Assembly: GCA_035063585.1 (NCBI GenBank)
Contig: JAPSGB010000012.1
Coordinates: 77,235-141,234 of the forward strand
DNA: 64,000 bases
Direction of reading: 5' to 3'
Origin: Polyangiaceae bacterium
Lineage (GTDB): Bacteria; Myxococcota_A; Polyangia; Polyangiales; Polyangiaceae
This document shows, one piece after another, positions 20,910-30,537 of this stretch. The notes under the pieces were generated by a model. That model did not search any database and had not been told where the DNA came from. It worked only from the letters and a program-made list of their open reading frames with translations. The position numbers and the translations under genes were made by a program. Numbering within the stretch: position 1 is the stretch's first letter; each line of letters starts with the position of its first letter.

Positions 20910-22268
20910 ATGCGCTCGATCGATCCGTCCACCGGTAGAGTCTTCGCGAGCTACGAGGTGATGTCGCTCGAGGCGGCCGTGCGCGCCGTCGAGGCGACCG
21001 AGCGCGCGAGCCGCGGCTGGCGCGAGCGCCCGATCGCCGAGCGCGCCGCCGTGATCGCGCGCGTCGGGAAGCTCCTCCGCGAGCGGAAGCTCGCGCTCGC
21101 CGAGCTCATGGTGCGCGAGATGGGAAAGCCGGTGGTGCAGGCCGAGGCCGAGGTCGAGAAATGCGCGTGGGTGTGCGAGCATTACGCGGAGCACGGCCCG
21201 GCCTACCTCGCGCCCGAGCCGGTGGCGACCGACGCCTCCGAGAGCCTGGTGCGCTTCGATCCGCTCGGCGTGGTGCTGGCGGTGATGCCGTGGAATTTCC
21301 CGCTCTGGCAGGTCTTCCGCTTCGCCGCGCCGGCGCTCCTCGCCGGCAACGCAGGCGCGCTCAAGCATGCGCCCAACGTGTGCGGGTCGGCGCTCGCGAT
21401 CCGCGAGCTCTGGTCGGCCGCGGGCCTCCCAGGAGGCGTCTTCGAGGTGCTGTTCGTCTCCGACGACGACGCCGACCGGCTCATCGCGCACCCGGCGGTC
21501 TCGGCGGTGACCCTCACCGGGAGCGGGCGCGCGGGGCGAGCGGTCGGCGCAGCGGCGGGCGCCGCGCTGAAGCAGGTGGTGCTCGAGCTGGGCGGCTCGG
21601 ACGCCTTCATCGTGCTCGCCGACGCCGCGCTCGAGCGCGCGGCCGAGGTCGCCGTGAAGGCGCGCATGCAGAACAACGGCCAGAGCTGCATCGCCGCGAA
21701 GCGCTTCATCGTCGAGCGCGCGGTGGCCGCGCGCTTCGAGGCGCTGGTGGTCGAGCGCGTCCGCGCGCTCCGGGTGGGAAGCCCGCTCGAGCGCGAGACG
21801 GAGCTCGGGCCGCTCGCGCGCGCCGACCTCCGCGACGCGCTCGCGCGCCAGGTGGACGCGAGCGTCGCCGCCGGCGCGCGGCTCCTCACGGGCGGCCGGG
21901 CGCTGCCGGGCCCCGGCTTCTTCTACGAGCCGACCGTGCTCGCCGAGGTCGCACCCGGCATGCCCGCCTTCGACGAGGAGACCTTCGGGCCGCTCGCCGC
22001 GCTGACGGTCGCCAGCGACGCCGAGCATGCGCTCGCGCTCGCGAACCGCTCGAGCTACGGCCTCGGATGCTCGCTCTTCACGCGAGACCTCGGGCGCGCG
22101 CGCGCGCTCGCCGCGCGCGTCGAGGCCGGGAGCGTGTTCGTGAACGAGATGGTGAAGAGCGATCCGCGGCTGCCGTTCGGGGGCGTCAAGGCCTCCGGCC
22201 ACGGCCGCGAGCTCGGGCGGGAGGGCGCGCGCGCGTTCACCAACGTGAAGACCGTGTACTTCGGTTGA
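20910..22268 (+). CDS. NAD(P)-dependent succinate-semialdehyde dehydrogenase-like aldehyde dehydrogenase
   Basis: MPWNFP, TGS, LELGGSD, NGQSCIAAKRF, EETFGP, PFGGVKASG; GGAGG RBS. Confidence 0.92.
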   Translation: MRSIDPSTGRVFASYEVMSLEAAVRAVEATERASRGWRERPIAERAAVIARVGKLLRERKLALAELMVREMGKPVVQAEAEVEKCAWVCEHYAEHGPAYLAPEPVATDASESLVRFDPLGVVLAVMPWNFPLWQVFRFAAPALLAGNAGALKHAPNVCGSALAIRELWSAAGLPGGVFEVLFVSDDDADRLIAHPAVSAVTLTGSGRAGRAVGAAAGAALKQVVLELGGSDAFIVLADAALERAAEVAVKARMQNNGQSCIAAKRFIVERAVAARFEALVVERVRALRVGSPLERETELGPLARADLRDALARQVDASVAAGARLLTGGRALPGPGFFYEPTVLAEVAPGMPAFDEETFGPLAALTVASDAEHALALANRSSYGLGCSLFTRDLGRARALAARVEAGSVFVNEMVKSDPRLPFGGVKASGHGRELGREGARAFTNVKTVYFG

Positions 22269-22415
22269 GGCGCGCCGCGCCGCCGGCCGCGCCGCTCCGA
22301 AACCCGAAGGCAGAGAGCGAGGAGCGGGCGGGCGCAGCCGAGGGAGGCCCGGGGGAGCGCGCCGGCCCGGGGCTTGTTCGGCCTCGTCGTTCATGTAACG
22401 CTCGCGCTCCAACCG

Positions 22416-23537
22416 ATGGGCGCGACGATTTTCCAGCTCGAGTCGATCCGAACCGACGGATGGTTCGAGCGGATCGGAGAGGGGATCGGCAGCTTTCAGG
22501 CGCTCTGCGACATCATCGGGGCGCGCTTCTTCGCGTTCGCGATGATCACCGGCGCGCGCATCACCGCGCTCACCGTGGATCGCCGCGTCCCGGAGAACAC
22601 TCAGGTCGAGTTCGCCGTGGGGGGAGGCGAGGGTGAGTCCGTCTCGGAGGACACGCAGCGCCTCACGCTCGGTGACTTCCGCCGCCGCCTGGTGGCGGCG
22701 CTCACGGCGGTCGAGCCGCCCGGCCCCCCGCCCTCGCGCCCGACCGACACCGAGGCGCTCCAGCTCTTCCTCGGCGTTCGCTATCTCCTGCTCTCCCCGC
22801 TCTACGGATACAGCCTGGAGCGCGCGAGCATCGAGCCCGACGGGCACGGAACCCTCGACTACCAGCACGACGGCGTGCCGGGCTCCTCGACCATCGAGGA
22901 GTTCCGCGCTCGACTCCGCTCGCATGTCCGCGAGGAGCTCGAGCGGATCGCGCGGGGCGCCGGCCGGAGCGCGATCGATCTCTCGCGGGTGGGCGAGGCG
23001 GCCGACGCGGCGGCGCGAGGAGACTCGGTGCGGGTCCTCGAGCTGCTCGGGGCCTGGCCGGCGCCGCTCGCGATCTTTCTCCGGACGCCCGAGGGCCAGC
23101 TGCTCCCGCCCGAGACGCGCTCGCTCATCGCCGAGGCGCTCGGGCTGCTCGGGAGCGCCTGCATCGGCCTCGGCGAGGTCGAGAAGGGCGAGGAGGTGCT
23201 CCGCCTCGCGATCCAGTACGCGGGAGACAACCCGATCGCCGCGGATATCTACCGCCGGCTCGGCGAAGCGCTGGTCGGGGACCGGCGGGCGGGCGAGGCG
23301 ATCGGGCCGCTTCGGCGCGCCGCCAACCTCGGCGCTCCGGGCGACGCGGTGTGGCCGCTGCTGGCGTCGGCGTTCGTGACGCGCGGTCGTCACGTCGCGG
23401 CGCTCGGCGCCCTGCTCGAGGCCGAGGCCGCCGGTGTTCCCGCCGCGTCGCTCGCGTCGCTGCGCGCGGCCGTCGATGACCAGCTCGGCCCCGCGCTGAA
23501 GCGGTGGATGACCTTAGTCAGTGCGGAACACCTGTAA
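22416..23537 (+). CDS. hypothetical protein with C-terminal TPR repeats
   Basis: Globular N-terminus; helical repeats ALGLLGSAC..., IYRRLGEAL..., WPLLASAF. Confidence 0.75.
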   Translation: MGATIFQLESIRTDGWFERIGEGIGSFQALCDIIGARFFAFAMITGARITALTVDRRVPENTQVEFAVGGGEGESVSEDTQRLTLGDFRRRLVAALTAVEPPGPPPSRPTDTEALQLFLGVRYLLLSPLYGYSLERASIEPDGHGTLDYQHDGVPGSSTIEEFRARLRSHVREELERIARGAGRSAIDLSRVGEAADAAARGDSVRVLELLGAWPAPLAIFLRTPEGQLLPPETRSLIAEALGLLGSACIGLGEVEKGEEVLRLAIQYAGDNPIAADIYRRLGEALVGDRRAGEAIGPLRRAANLGAPGDAVWPLLASAFVTRGRHVAALGALLEAEAAGVPAASLASLRAAVDDQLGPALKRWMTLVSAEHL

Positions 23538-23664
23538 TTTCACGCTGTTGCCCATCCGAGCGGGCTGCACGCATTGACAGGCCGACCCGCCGAAGACTAC
23601 GAAGCTCGCGGGTTCGCGTCATTTCGCGAGGTCATGATGCGACGCGTTGCGTAAAGAGAGCGCC

Positions 23665-24024
23665 ATGGTTCAGCTCTACCTGCCGATGTTCCTCATGTTT
23701 CTCATCGCCATCGGCATTTGCCTGGTGATGTTCTTCGGGGGGCAGCTCCTCGGGCCGAAGAACCTGACCCCGGACAAGATGATGCCGTACGAGTGCGGCA
23801 ACGACACGGACGGCGCGCGCCACGTGAAGATGGGCGTGAAATTCTACCTCACCGCCATCCTGTTCGTCGTGTTCGACATCGAGGTGGTGTTCCTCTACCC
23901 GTGGGCGGCGCTCTTCAAGGGCCTCGGTTGGCTCGGGTTCGTCGAGATGCTGCTGTTCATCGCGTCACTCATGGTGGCCCTCGCCTACTGCTGGAAGAAG
24001 GGAGCACTCGAATGGGAGAGCTGA
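23665..24024 (+). CDS. nuoA: NADH-quinone oxidoreductase subunit A
   Basis: PYECG, FYLTAILFVVFDIEVVFLYPW, KKGALEW. Confidence 0.96.
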   Translation: MVQLYLPMFLMFLIAIGICLVMFFGGQLLGPKNLTPDKMMPYECGNDTDGARHVKMGVKFYLTAILFVVFDIEVVFLYPWAALFKGLGWLGFVEMLLFIASLMVALAYCWKKGALEWES

Positions 24025-24593
24025 AGGCGGCCGAGCAGCGCATCGTCGAGCCCGGGGGCGACCAGGGCTACGCGACCACGCGCTTCGATGACCTCCTGCA
24101 CTGGGCGCAGAAGTACTCGCTCTTCATGTACCCGTTCGTGACGGCGTGCTGCGGCATGGAGTTCATGTCCGTCTCGAGCCCTCGCTACGATTTTTCGCGC
24201 TTCGGCTCCGAGGCGCCGCGATTCTCGCCGCGCCAGAGCGATCTGCTCTGGGTGGTCGGCACCATTTCGCAGCGCCAGGCCCCGATCCTCAAGCGCATCT
24301 ACGAGCAGATGGCGGAGCCGAAATGGGTGTTGGCGTTCGGCACCTGCGCCTCGAGCGGGGGATTTTACGACAACTACTCGACGGTCGCCGGCATCGACAA
24401 GCTCATCCCCTGCGATATCTACATCCCGGGCTGTCCGCCCCGTCCGGAGGCGGTGCTCGACGGGCTGATGCTGCTCCAGGACAAGATTCAGCGCGGAGAC
24501 CGCACTCCGGGGGTGGTCAAGCCACGTAACGATCCGGCCTCCGAGCAGGAGCTCGGCGTCATCCAACTCCGCCGCTCGCGGAACCCGGGTTGA
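24012..24593 (+). CDS. nuoB: NADH-quinone oxidoreductase subunit B
   Basis: TACCGMEF, SPRQSD, GTCASSGG, IPGCPPRPE. Confidence 0.96.
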   Translation: MGELKAAEQRIVEPGGDQGYATTRFDDLLHWAQKYSLFMYPFVTACCGMEFMSVSSPRYDFSRFGSEAPRFSPRQSDLLWVVGTISQRQAPILKRIYEQMAEPKWVLAFGTCASSGGFYDNYSTVAGIDKLIPCDIYIPGCPPRPEAVLDGLMLLQDKIQRGDRTPGVVKPRNDPASEQELGVIQLRRSRNPG

Positions 24594-24635
24594 GCAGGAG
24601 CTCCCCTTCAATCGATTCAGAGGTTCGTCGAAGAC

Positions 24636-25217
24636 ATGGCCAAGGCCCTCGTAGAGCTACTAGAGCGCGAATTTGGTGAAGCGATCCTGGAGACCCACGC
24701 GCAACACGGTGACGAGACGGTGGTCGTCGCGCCGGACCGGTGGCTCACCATCGCGCGTTTTCTCCGCGACGACCCGCGCACCGACATGAAGATGCTGGTC
24801 GACCTCACCGCCGTCGACTGGCTGGATCGCGAGCCGCGCTTCGACGTGGTCGCGCATTTTCTGTCGTTGAACTTCGGGCACCGGCTCCGCATGAAGACGC
24901 GGACGGGCGACGAGGACGGCGAGCACGCCGAGGTCGACTCACTCACCGAGCTCTGGGCGAGCGCGAACTGGATGGAGCGCGAGTGCTACGATCTCTTCGG
25001 CGTGACCTTCCGCGGGCACCCCGATCTCCGGCGGATCCTGCTCTACCCGGAGTTCGTCGGGCACCCGCTCCGGAAAGATTATCCAGCCGACAAGATCCAG
25101 CCGCTCGTGCCGTTCCGTGAAGCGGACAACATCGAGAAGCTCCCGCCCTTCGGACCGGACGAGGGGATGAGCTTTGGCCGACAGACCCACGCCCGCTCGA
25201 GCGAGGACGAGAGCTGA
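24636..25217 (+). CDS. nuoC: NADH-quinone oxidoreductase subunit C
   Basis: DLTAVD, WMERECYDLFG, GHPDLRRIL, GHPLRKDYP. Confidence 0.96.
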   Translation: MAKALVELLEREFGEAILETHAQHGDETVVVAPDRWLTIARFLRDDPRTDMKMLVDLTAVDWLDREPRFDVVAHFLSLNFGHRLRMKTRTGDEDGEHAEVDSLTELWASANWMERECYDLFGVTFRGHPDLRRILLYPEFVGHPLRKDYPADKIQPLVPFREADNIEKLPPFGPDEGMSFGRQTHARSSEDES

Positions 25218-26431
25218 TGGAACCGCTCGATCTGGAGCTGGAGGCGTCCGAGCTCGAGCTCGCCGCCGAACCGATGCTGGTGAACGTGGGGCCCTCCCAC
25301 CCAGCCATGCACGGCACGGTGCGCGTGGTGATGGAGTTGTCCGGCGAGACCATCGTCCGCTGCGACGTGCAGGTCGGTTATCTGCACCGCGGGTTCGAGA
25401 AGATGTGCGAGCGCGGGACCTGGTCGCAGGTGTTCCCGTACGTGGATCGCTGCAACTACGTCTCCCCGATGCTGAACAACGTCGGGTTCGCGCTGGCGGC
25501 CGAGAAGATGCTCGGCATCACCGTTCCCGAGCGCTGCCAGTACTACCGCATGATCCTCGGCGAGCTCGCCCGGATCAGCGATCACCTCACCTGCACCGGC
25601 GCCATGTCGATGGAGCTCGGCGCGTTCACGCCCTTCCTCTGGATGATCAAGGGGCGCGAGATGGTGTGGGACGTGCTCGAGGAGGAGACCGGCGCGCGCT
25701 TGACGCACAGCTTCGGGCGCATCGGCGGGATGGCCAAGCCGCCGACGGCGGACTTCAAGGCGCACGCCAAGGCAGCGGCGGAGTTCATCCCGAGCATCCT
25801 CGACGAGATGGAAAAGGTGCTCTACGGTAACCGGATCTTCCTCGACCGGCTCGAGGGGATCGGGGTGATGAGCGCCGAGGACGCCGTCTCGCTCGGCTGG
25901 ACGGGGCCCGTGCTTAGGGCGTCGGGCGTCCCCTACGACGTCCGCAAGGCTCACCCGTACCTCAAGTACGGCGAGATCGATTTCGACGTGCCGGTGGGCG
26001 AGCGGGGCGACTGCTACGACCGGTTCGCGGTGCGTGTCGCCGAGATCCGGCAGAGCATCCGCATCATCGAGCAGTGCATCGAGCGCATGCCGGACGACGG
26101 CCCCGTGAACGTCGACGACCCGCGGGTCATCCTCCCGCCGAAGAGCGAGGTCTATACGACCATCGAGGGGACCATCCAGCACTTCAAGATCATCATGGAA
26201 GGGCTGAAGATCCCGGCCGGAGAGGTCTACTCGTACACCGAAGGCGGCAACGGGGAGCTCGGCTTCTATCTCATCAGCGACGGCAGCGGTACGCCCTTCC
26301 GGGTGCGACTGCGACCGCCGTCGTTCCTCATCACGGGCGGCCTCGAACGCCTGATCACCGGCGCGATGGTGGCAGACGTCGTGCCTGCGTTCGGCTCCCT
26401 CAACATGATCGGCGGCGAGTGCGACCGGTGA
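25217..26431 (+). CDS. nuoD: NADH-quinone oxidoreductase subunit D
   Basis: GPSHPAMHG, GYLHRGFEK, ELARISDHL, GPVLRASG, ends GECDR. Confidence 0.96.
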   Translation: MEPLDLELEASELELAAEPMLVNVGPSHPAMHGTVRVVMELSGETIVRCDVQVGYLHRGFEKMCERGTWSQVFPYVDRCNYVSPMLNNVGFALAAEKMLGITVPERCQYYRMILGELARISDHLTCTGAMSMELGAFTPFLWMIKGREMVWDVLEEETGARLTHSFGRIGGMAKPPTADFKAHAKAAAEFIPSILDEMEKVLYGNRIFLDRLEGIGVMSAEDAVSLGWTGPVLRASGVPYDVRKAHPYLKYGEIDFDVPVGERGDCYDRFAVRVAEIRQSIRIIEQCIERMPDDGPVNVDDPRVILPPKSEVYTTIEGTIQHFKIIMEGLKIPAGEVYSYTEGGNGELGFYLISDGSGTPFRVRLRPPSFLITGGLERLITGAMVADVVPAFGSLNMIGGECDR

Positions 26432-26441
26432 GGAGCAGCTA

Positions 26442-28046
26442 GTGCCTAAGTTCAAGATCGACAATCGCGAGATCGAATTCGAGCCCGGCGACACGATCAT
26501 GCGTGCCATCTATCGGCACGGCATCGACATCCCGCACTACTGCTGGCACCCCGGGCTCAGCGTGGCGGCCAACTGCCGCATGTGCCTGGTCGAGGTGCTC
26601 CCGCCGCCCGGTCGTCGCGGCCCGATGATGGACGTGCTCGGGTGGGACTCGGAAGCGGAGACGTATCTCCTCGAGAAGAAACCGAAGCTCGTGCCCTCCT
26701 GCCAGCAGGTCGTGAGCGAGGGGATGGAGGTCCTCAGCGAGTCGAGCCCGCACGTGGAGCGCGCCCGCTCGGCGGTCCAGGAGTTCTTGCTCCTCAATCA
26801 CCCGGTGGACTGCCCCACCTGCGATCAGGCGGGCGAGTGCCGCCTCCAGGATTACTGGCTCGAGCACCAGCACGCGAAAAAGCGCATGACGGACGAGATC
26901 CTGCACATGCCCAAGGCGCAGGTGTTCGGTCCGACCATCGTCTATGACGCCGAGCGCTGCGTGCTCTGCACGCGCTGCATTCGTGTGTGCGAAGAGGTCG
27001 CCAAGGATCCGGTGCTCTCGAAGCGTGAGCGCGGGAACCTCTCCGAGATCGTGCTCGCGCCAGGCCGGCAGCTCGACCACGCCTACACGCTGATGACCGA
27101 GTACGTGTGCCCGGTCGGCGCGCTCACCTCTCAGGACTTCAGGTTCAAGGCACGCGTGTGGTTCTTGCGGAGCGCGCGCACGGTGTGTGTGGGCTGCGCC
27201 ACCGGCTGTACGGCGTTCGCAGACTTCGATCCGCGCAACCAGCGCGTCTACCGCTATCGCCCGCGAGAGAACCTGGCGGAGAACAAGTACTGGATGTGCG
27301 ATGAGGGGATGCTCGACTATCACCGCATCCACGAGCATCGCCTCCTCGAGGCGCGCGTACGCGGCGAGCACGCCGAGCGAAGCCTTGCCATGGCGGAGGC
27401 GGCCCGGGCGCTCATGGGAGTGGATCCGGACCGGCTCGCGGTGGTGCTCGGAATTCAGCACTCGAACGAGGACAATTTCGCGCTGCTCACCCTCGCGCGC
27501 GACTTCATCGGGGCGGGCAACTTCTTCATCGCCGGGCGCCCCGCCGGGGAGGGGGACGACATCCTGCGCGACCCCGACAAGAACCCCAACCGCGCGGGAG
27601 TCGTCGCGCTCGCGACGACCACGCCGCCGGGCTCATTCGAGGAGCTCTTGGCGGCGCTCGAGCAGGGCGAGGTGACTCACGTCCTCGCGCTCGGCTCGGA
27701 CCTCCCGGATGCGACCGCGGGCAAGACGCTCGAGCGCGCTCGCGCCATCGTCGTGCTCGGCACGCACACGAGCGGGTTCGTGGAGCACGCGACGGTGGCG
27801 TTGCCCGCGAGCAGTTGGGCAGAGTGCGACGGCACGTTCGTGAACGTGAAGGGCGTCGCCCAGGAGAGCGAGCGCGTCATCCGTCCGGTCGGCGACTCGC
27901 TCCCCGCGTGGGCGTTGGTCGGTGAGCTCGGTCGCGCCATGGGTTTTGCCGTCGAGTACAAGAAGCTACGAGAAGTTCGCGAGGCGATGGCGCCGGCCCC
28001 TGGCGCCGCCGTGGTCGGCTCGCGGCATCTCACCATTTCGGAGTGA
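26442..28046 (+). CDS. nuoG: NuoG-like Fe-S subunit (534 aa)
   Basis: CWHPGLSVAANCRMC...C, HPVDCPTCDQAGEC, CVLCTRC...CPVGAL, CVGCATGC...WMCDEG. Confidence 0.88.
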   Translation: MPKFKIDNREIEFEPGDTIMRAIYRHGIDIPHYCWHPGLSVAANCRMCLVEVLPPPGRRGPMMDVLGWDSEAETYLLEKKPKLVPSCQQVVSEGMEVLSESSPHVERARSAVQEFLLLNHPVDCPTCDQAGECRLQDYWLEHQHAKKRMTDEILHMPKAQVFGPTIVYDAERCVLCTRCIRVCEEVAKDPVLSKRERGNLSEIVLAPGRQLDHAYTLMTEYVCPVGALTSQDFRFKARVWFLRSARTVCVGCATGCTAFADFDPRNQRVYRYRPRENLAENKYWMCDEGMLDYHRIHEHRLLEARVRGEHAERSLAMAEAARALMGVDPDRLAVVLGIQHSNEDNFALLTLARDFIGAGNFFIAGRPAGEGDDILRDPDKNPNRAGVVALATTTPPGSFEELLAALEQGEVTHVLALGSDLPDATAGKTLERARAIVVLGTHTSGFVEHATVALPASSWAECDGTFVNVKGVAQESERVIRPVGDSLPAWALVGELGRAMGFAVEYKKLREVREAMAPAPGAAVVGSRHLTISE

Positions 28047-28050
28047 GGCG

Positions 28051-29829
28051 ATGACGACAGGCAACATCGTCGAGTTCGCGCTGAAGGCGTTCATCGTGGT
28101 GATGTTCGGGATGAACCTCGCGGTCATCCTCACCTGGGTGGACCGCCGGCAAGGCTCCATGATGCAGGATCGGGTCGGCCCGAACCGCGCGGTCGCCTGG
28201 CTGCCCCGCCCGCTCGCCCAGGCGCTCATGCTGGTCCCGGCCGCGCTCGCGGCCGGCGGCATCATCTTCTATTTCCTGAAGATCCCGGCGCTGCCGGTCG
28301 AGCGCACCAACCGCGCGATGTTCTTCAGTCAGCTCGCCATCTTCGCGCTCTGGGCGACCGGCGTCGCGATCGCCGGGCGCGTGCAGCGTCGCGGGATCGA
28401 CAACAGCCTGGATCGCTTCGTCTCCTCGCTCGGTGATCCGCGCCGGATCTTCTACGCGGGGCTCGCGGCTCACCTCGGGACGGCGCTCGTCGCCGCCCTG
28501 CTCAAGGGCACGCCCGAAGGGCGCCAGCTCCGCGAGATCGGCTATGGCGCGGGCCCGGCGGTGCTCGCCGCGGCGGTCCTCGCCGGCGCGGTCTACGCCG
28601 CGTATTCGATTCGCAAACAGGAACGCGTCGGGCTCAGGCTCGCGGGGCTCCTGCACCCCGCCGCCGACGGCTTGAAGACCATCTGGAAGGAGGACTTCAT
28701 CCCGCCGAACGCCGATCGCTTCCTCCACGGCATCGCGCCGATCGTCTCGTTCTTTCCGGTGCTGGTCGTGCTGGCGGTGGTGCCCTTCGGTGACACCCTC
28801 TGCTTCGCGGTGAAGGCCGGCCACACCGACTACTCTCAGCTCTTGCGCGCGGTGCCGCCCGGTGGGGTGTGCGTGGAGGGGGCCGTGAAGCTCCAGGTCG
28901 TCGACCTCAACGTCGGCATCCTCTACTTCTTCGCGCTCGCCGGCACCGGCATCGTCGGAGCGGCGCTCGCCGGCTGGGCGAGCGACAATAAATTCAGCTT
29001 GCTCGGGGGTCTCCGCGCGGCAAGCCAGATGGTCTCGTACGAGGTCACGCTCGGCCTCACCGTGATCGGCGCGCTCATGATCTACGGCACCGTTCGCCTG
29101 GACGAGATGGTGCGCTGGCAGGCCGAGAATGCTTGGGGGATCTTCGTGCAGCCGCTGGCCTTCTTCCTCTTCTTCACGGCGGCGGTAGCGGAGTCGAAGC
29201 GCATCCCCTTCGATTTGCCCGAGGGCGAGAGCGAAATCGTGGCCGGCTACTACACCGAGTACTCGGGGATGAAGTTCGCGATGTTCTTCTTCTCGGAGTA
29301 CGTCGCGGTGGTCACGGCCTCGGCGCTGATGGTGACGCTCTTCCTCGGAGGGTGGCACCTGCCGTTCGTCTACCGCGACGGGATCCACGTGGCCTTCGGC
29401 GGCACGTCGTACCTCGACGTCCCGCTCACGCAGCTCTCGGCGGTCCTCATCGGGGTCCTCGCCTTCATCGGGAAGGTCATCGCGCTCTGCTGGGTCCAGC
29501 TCAGCATCCGCTGGACGCTGCCCCGCTTCCGCTACGATCAGCTCATGAAGCTCGGCTGGCGCATGCTGCTACCGGCGTCGCTCGTGAACGTGCTCGCCAC
29601 CGGGCTCGTGATGCTGGCGATCGCGTCCGCGGGCGCGGTGGTGCACCAGAGCCTCGCCACGGCGGCCGAGCTCACCATGGTGGTGGTAGCGGGGACGGGG
29701 CTCGCGCTCCTCGTGTGGTTCGTGGCCTTCGTGCTCCGGCCGGTGCACAAGCGCCGCTTGATCGTGTCGACCTCGGCGAAGTACGCCGAAGCGCAGGGCG
29801 GGACGCACACCGCTCGGATGGGCGCCTGA
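28051..29829 (+). CDS. nuoH: NADH-quinone oxidoreductase subunit H, enlarged (592 aa)
   Basis: QDRVGPNR, HPAADGLK..KED, GGLRAASQMVSYE, RIPFDLPEGESEIVAGYYTEYSG, RWTLPRFRYDQLMKLGW. Confidence 0.93.
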   Translation: MTTGNIVEFALKAFIVVMFGMNLAVILTWVDRRQGSMMQDRVGPNRAVAWLPRPLAQALMLVPAALAAGGIIFYFLKIPALPVERTNRAMFFSQLAIFALWATGVAIAGRVQRRGIDNSLDRFVSSLGDPRRIFYAGLAAHLGTALVAALLKGTPEGRQLREIGYGAGPAVLAAAVLAGAVYAAYSIRKQERVGLRLAGLLHPAADGLKTIWKEDFIPPNADRFLHGIAPIVSFFPVLVVLAVVPFGDTLCFAVKAGHTDYSQLLRAVPPGGVCVEGAVKLQVVDLNVGILYFFALAGTGIVGAALAGWASDNKFSLLGGLRAASQMVSYEVTLGLTVIGALMIYGTVRLDEMVRWQAENAWGIFVQPLAFFLFFTAAVAESKRIPFDLPEGESEIVAGYYTEYSGMKFAMFFFSEYVAVVTASALMVTLFLGGWHLPFVYRDGIHVAFGGTSYLDVPLTQLSAVLIGVLAFIGKVIALCWVQLSIRWTLPRFRYDQLMKLGWRMLLPASLVNVLATGLVMLAIASAGAVVHQSLATAAELTMVVVAGTGLALLVWFVAFVLRPVHKRRLIVSTSAKYAEAQGGTHTARMGA

Positions 29830-29839
29830 GGAGGAGACG

Positions 29840-30490
29840 ATGAACGCACCGCTCGGTCCCCGGAAAGTCGTAGGCACCCCGGTCTTTCGTGCCGGCCGCA
29901 CGGTCACCGTGCAGAGCTACCTGCCCGAGATCGCCCGCGGCCTCGGGATCACCATGGGGCACTTCTTCAAGAACACGAAGGAGATGGTGCTCGGGCAGCG
30001 GCCGGATCCGGTGCTCGAGAGCATCGAGGACGGGGTCAACACCATCTCGTACCCGGAGCAGCGCCGCCCCTACCCGGAGCGGTTCCGCGGCGTGCATCGG
30101 CTGACGCACCGAGCGGACGGCTCGCCGCGCTGCGTGGCGTGCCTCTGCTGCTCGACGGCCTGCCCCGCGCAGTGCATGTACATCGTGCCCGCCGAGTACC
30201 CCGCCGGGGACGCGCGGCGCGGCTACGAGCGGTATCCGGAGCGGTTCGTCATCGATGAGCTGCGCTGCATCTTCTGCGGCTTCTGCGTGGAGGCCTGCCC
30301 GGTAGACGCGATCCGCATGGACACCGGGATCCACGCGGCTCCCTACGACTCCCGCGATCAGTTCCTGTTCGACAAGGACCTGCTCCTCGGCTTCCCCGGG
30401 CGCGACGGGCAGCATGATCACATCAACCCGCGCACCGAGCCCGGCGATCCGGGCTTCCCGGGCGTAACGCGCGACAAGCACGGGCACTGA
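29840..30490 (+). CDS. nuoI: NADH-quinone oxidoreductase subunit I
   Basis: YPEQ..RFRG, CVACLCCSTACP, CIFCGFCVEACP; GAGGAG RBS. Confidence 0.95.
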   Translation: MNAPLGPRKVVGTPVFRAGRTVTVQSYLPEIARGLGITMGHFFKNTKEMVLGQRPDPVLESIEDGVNTISYPEQRRPYPERFRGVHRLTHRADGSPRCVACLCCSTACPAQCMYIVPAEYPAGDARRGYERYPERFVIDELRCIFCGFCVEACPVDAIRMDTGIHAAPYDSRDQFLFDKDLLLGFPGRDGQHDHINPRTEPGDPGFPGVTRDKHGH

Positions 30491-30537
30491 CTGGCGCGGG
30501 CCGCTCGGCGAGGCCGCGAGTGACGCGAGGCTCGGCT

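Noticed and set aside
23574..23603. nuo promoter (TTGACA at 23574)
   Set aside because: No convincing -10 at 17-18 nt spacing.
25217..26431. NuoD as a group 4 [NiFe]-hydrogenase large subunit (Cys in DRCNY and GECDR)
   Set aside because: Neither CxxC nickel motif is present; quinone-site His and Tyr are retained.
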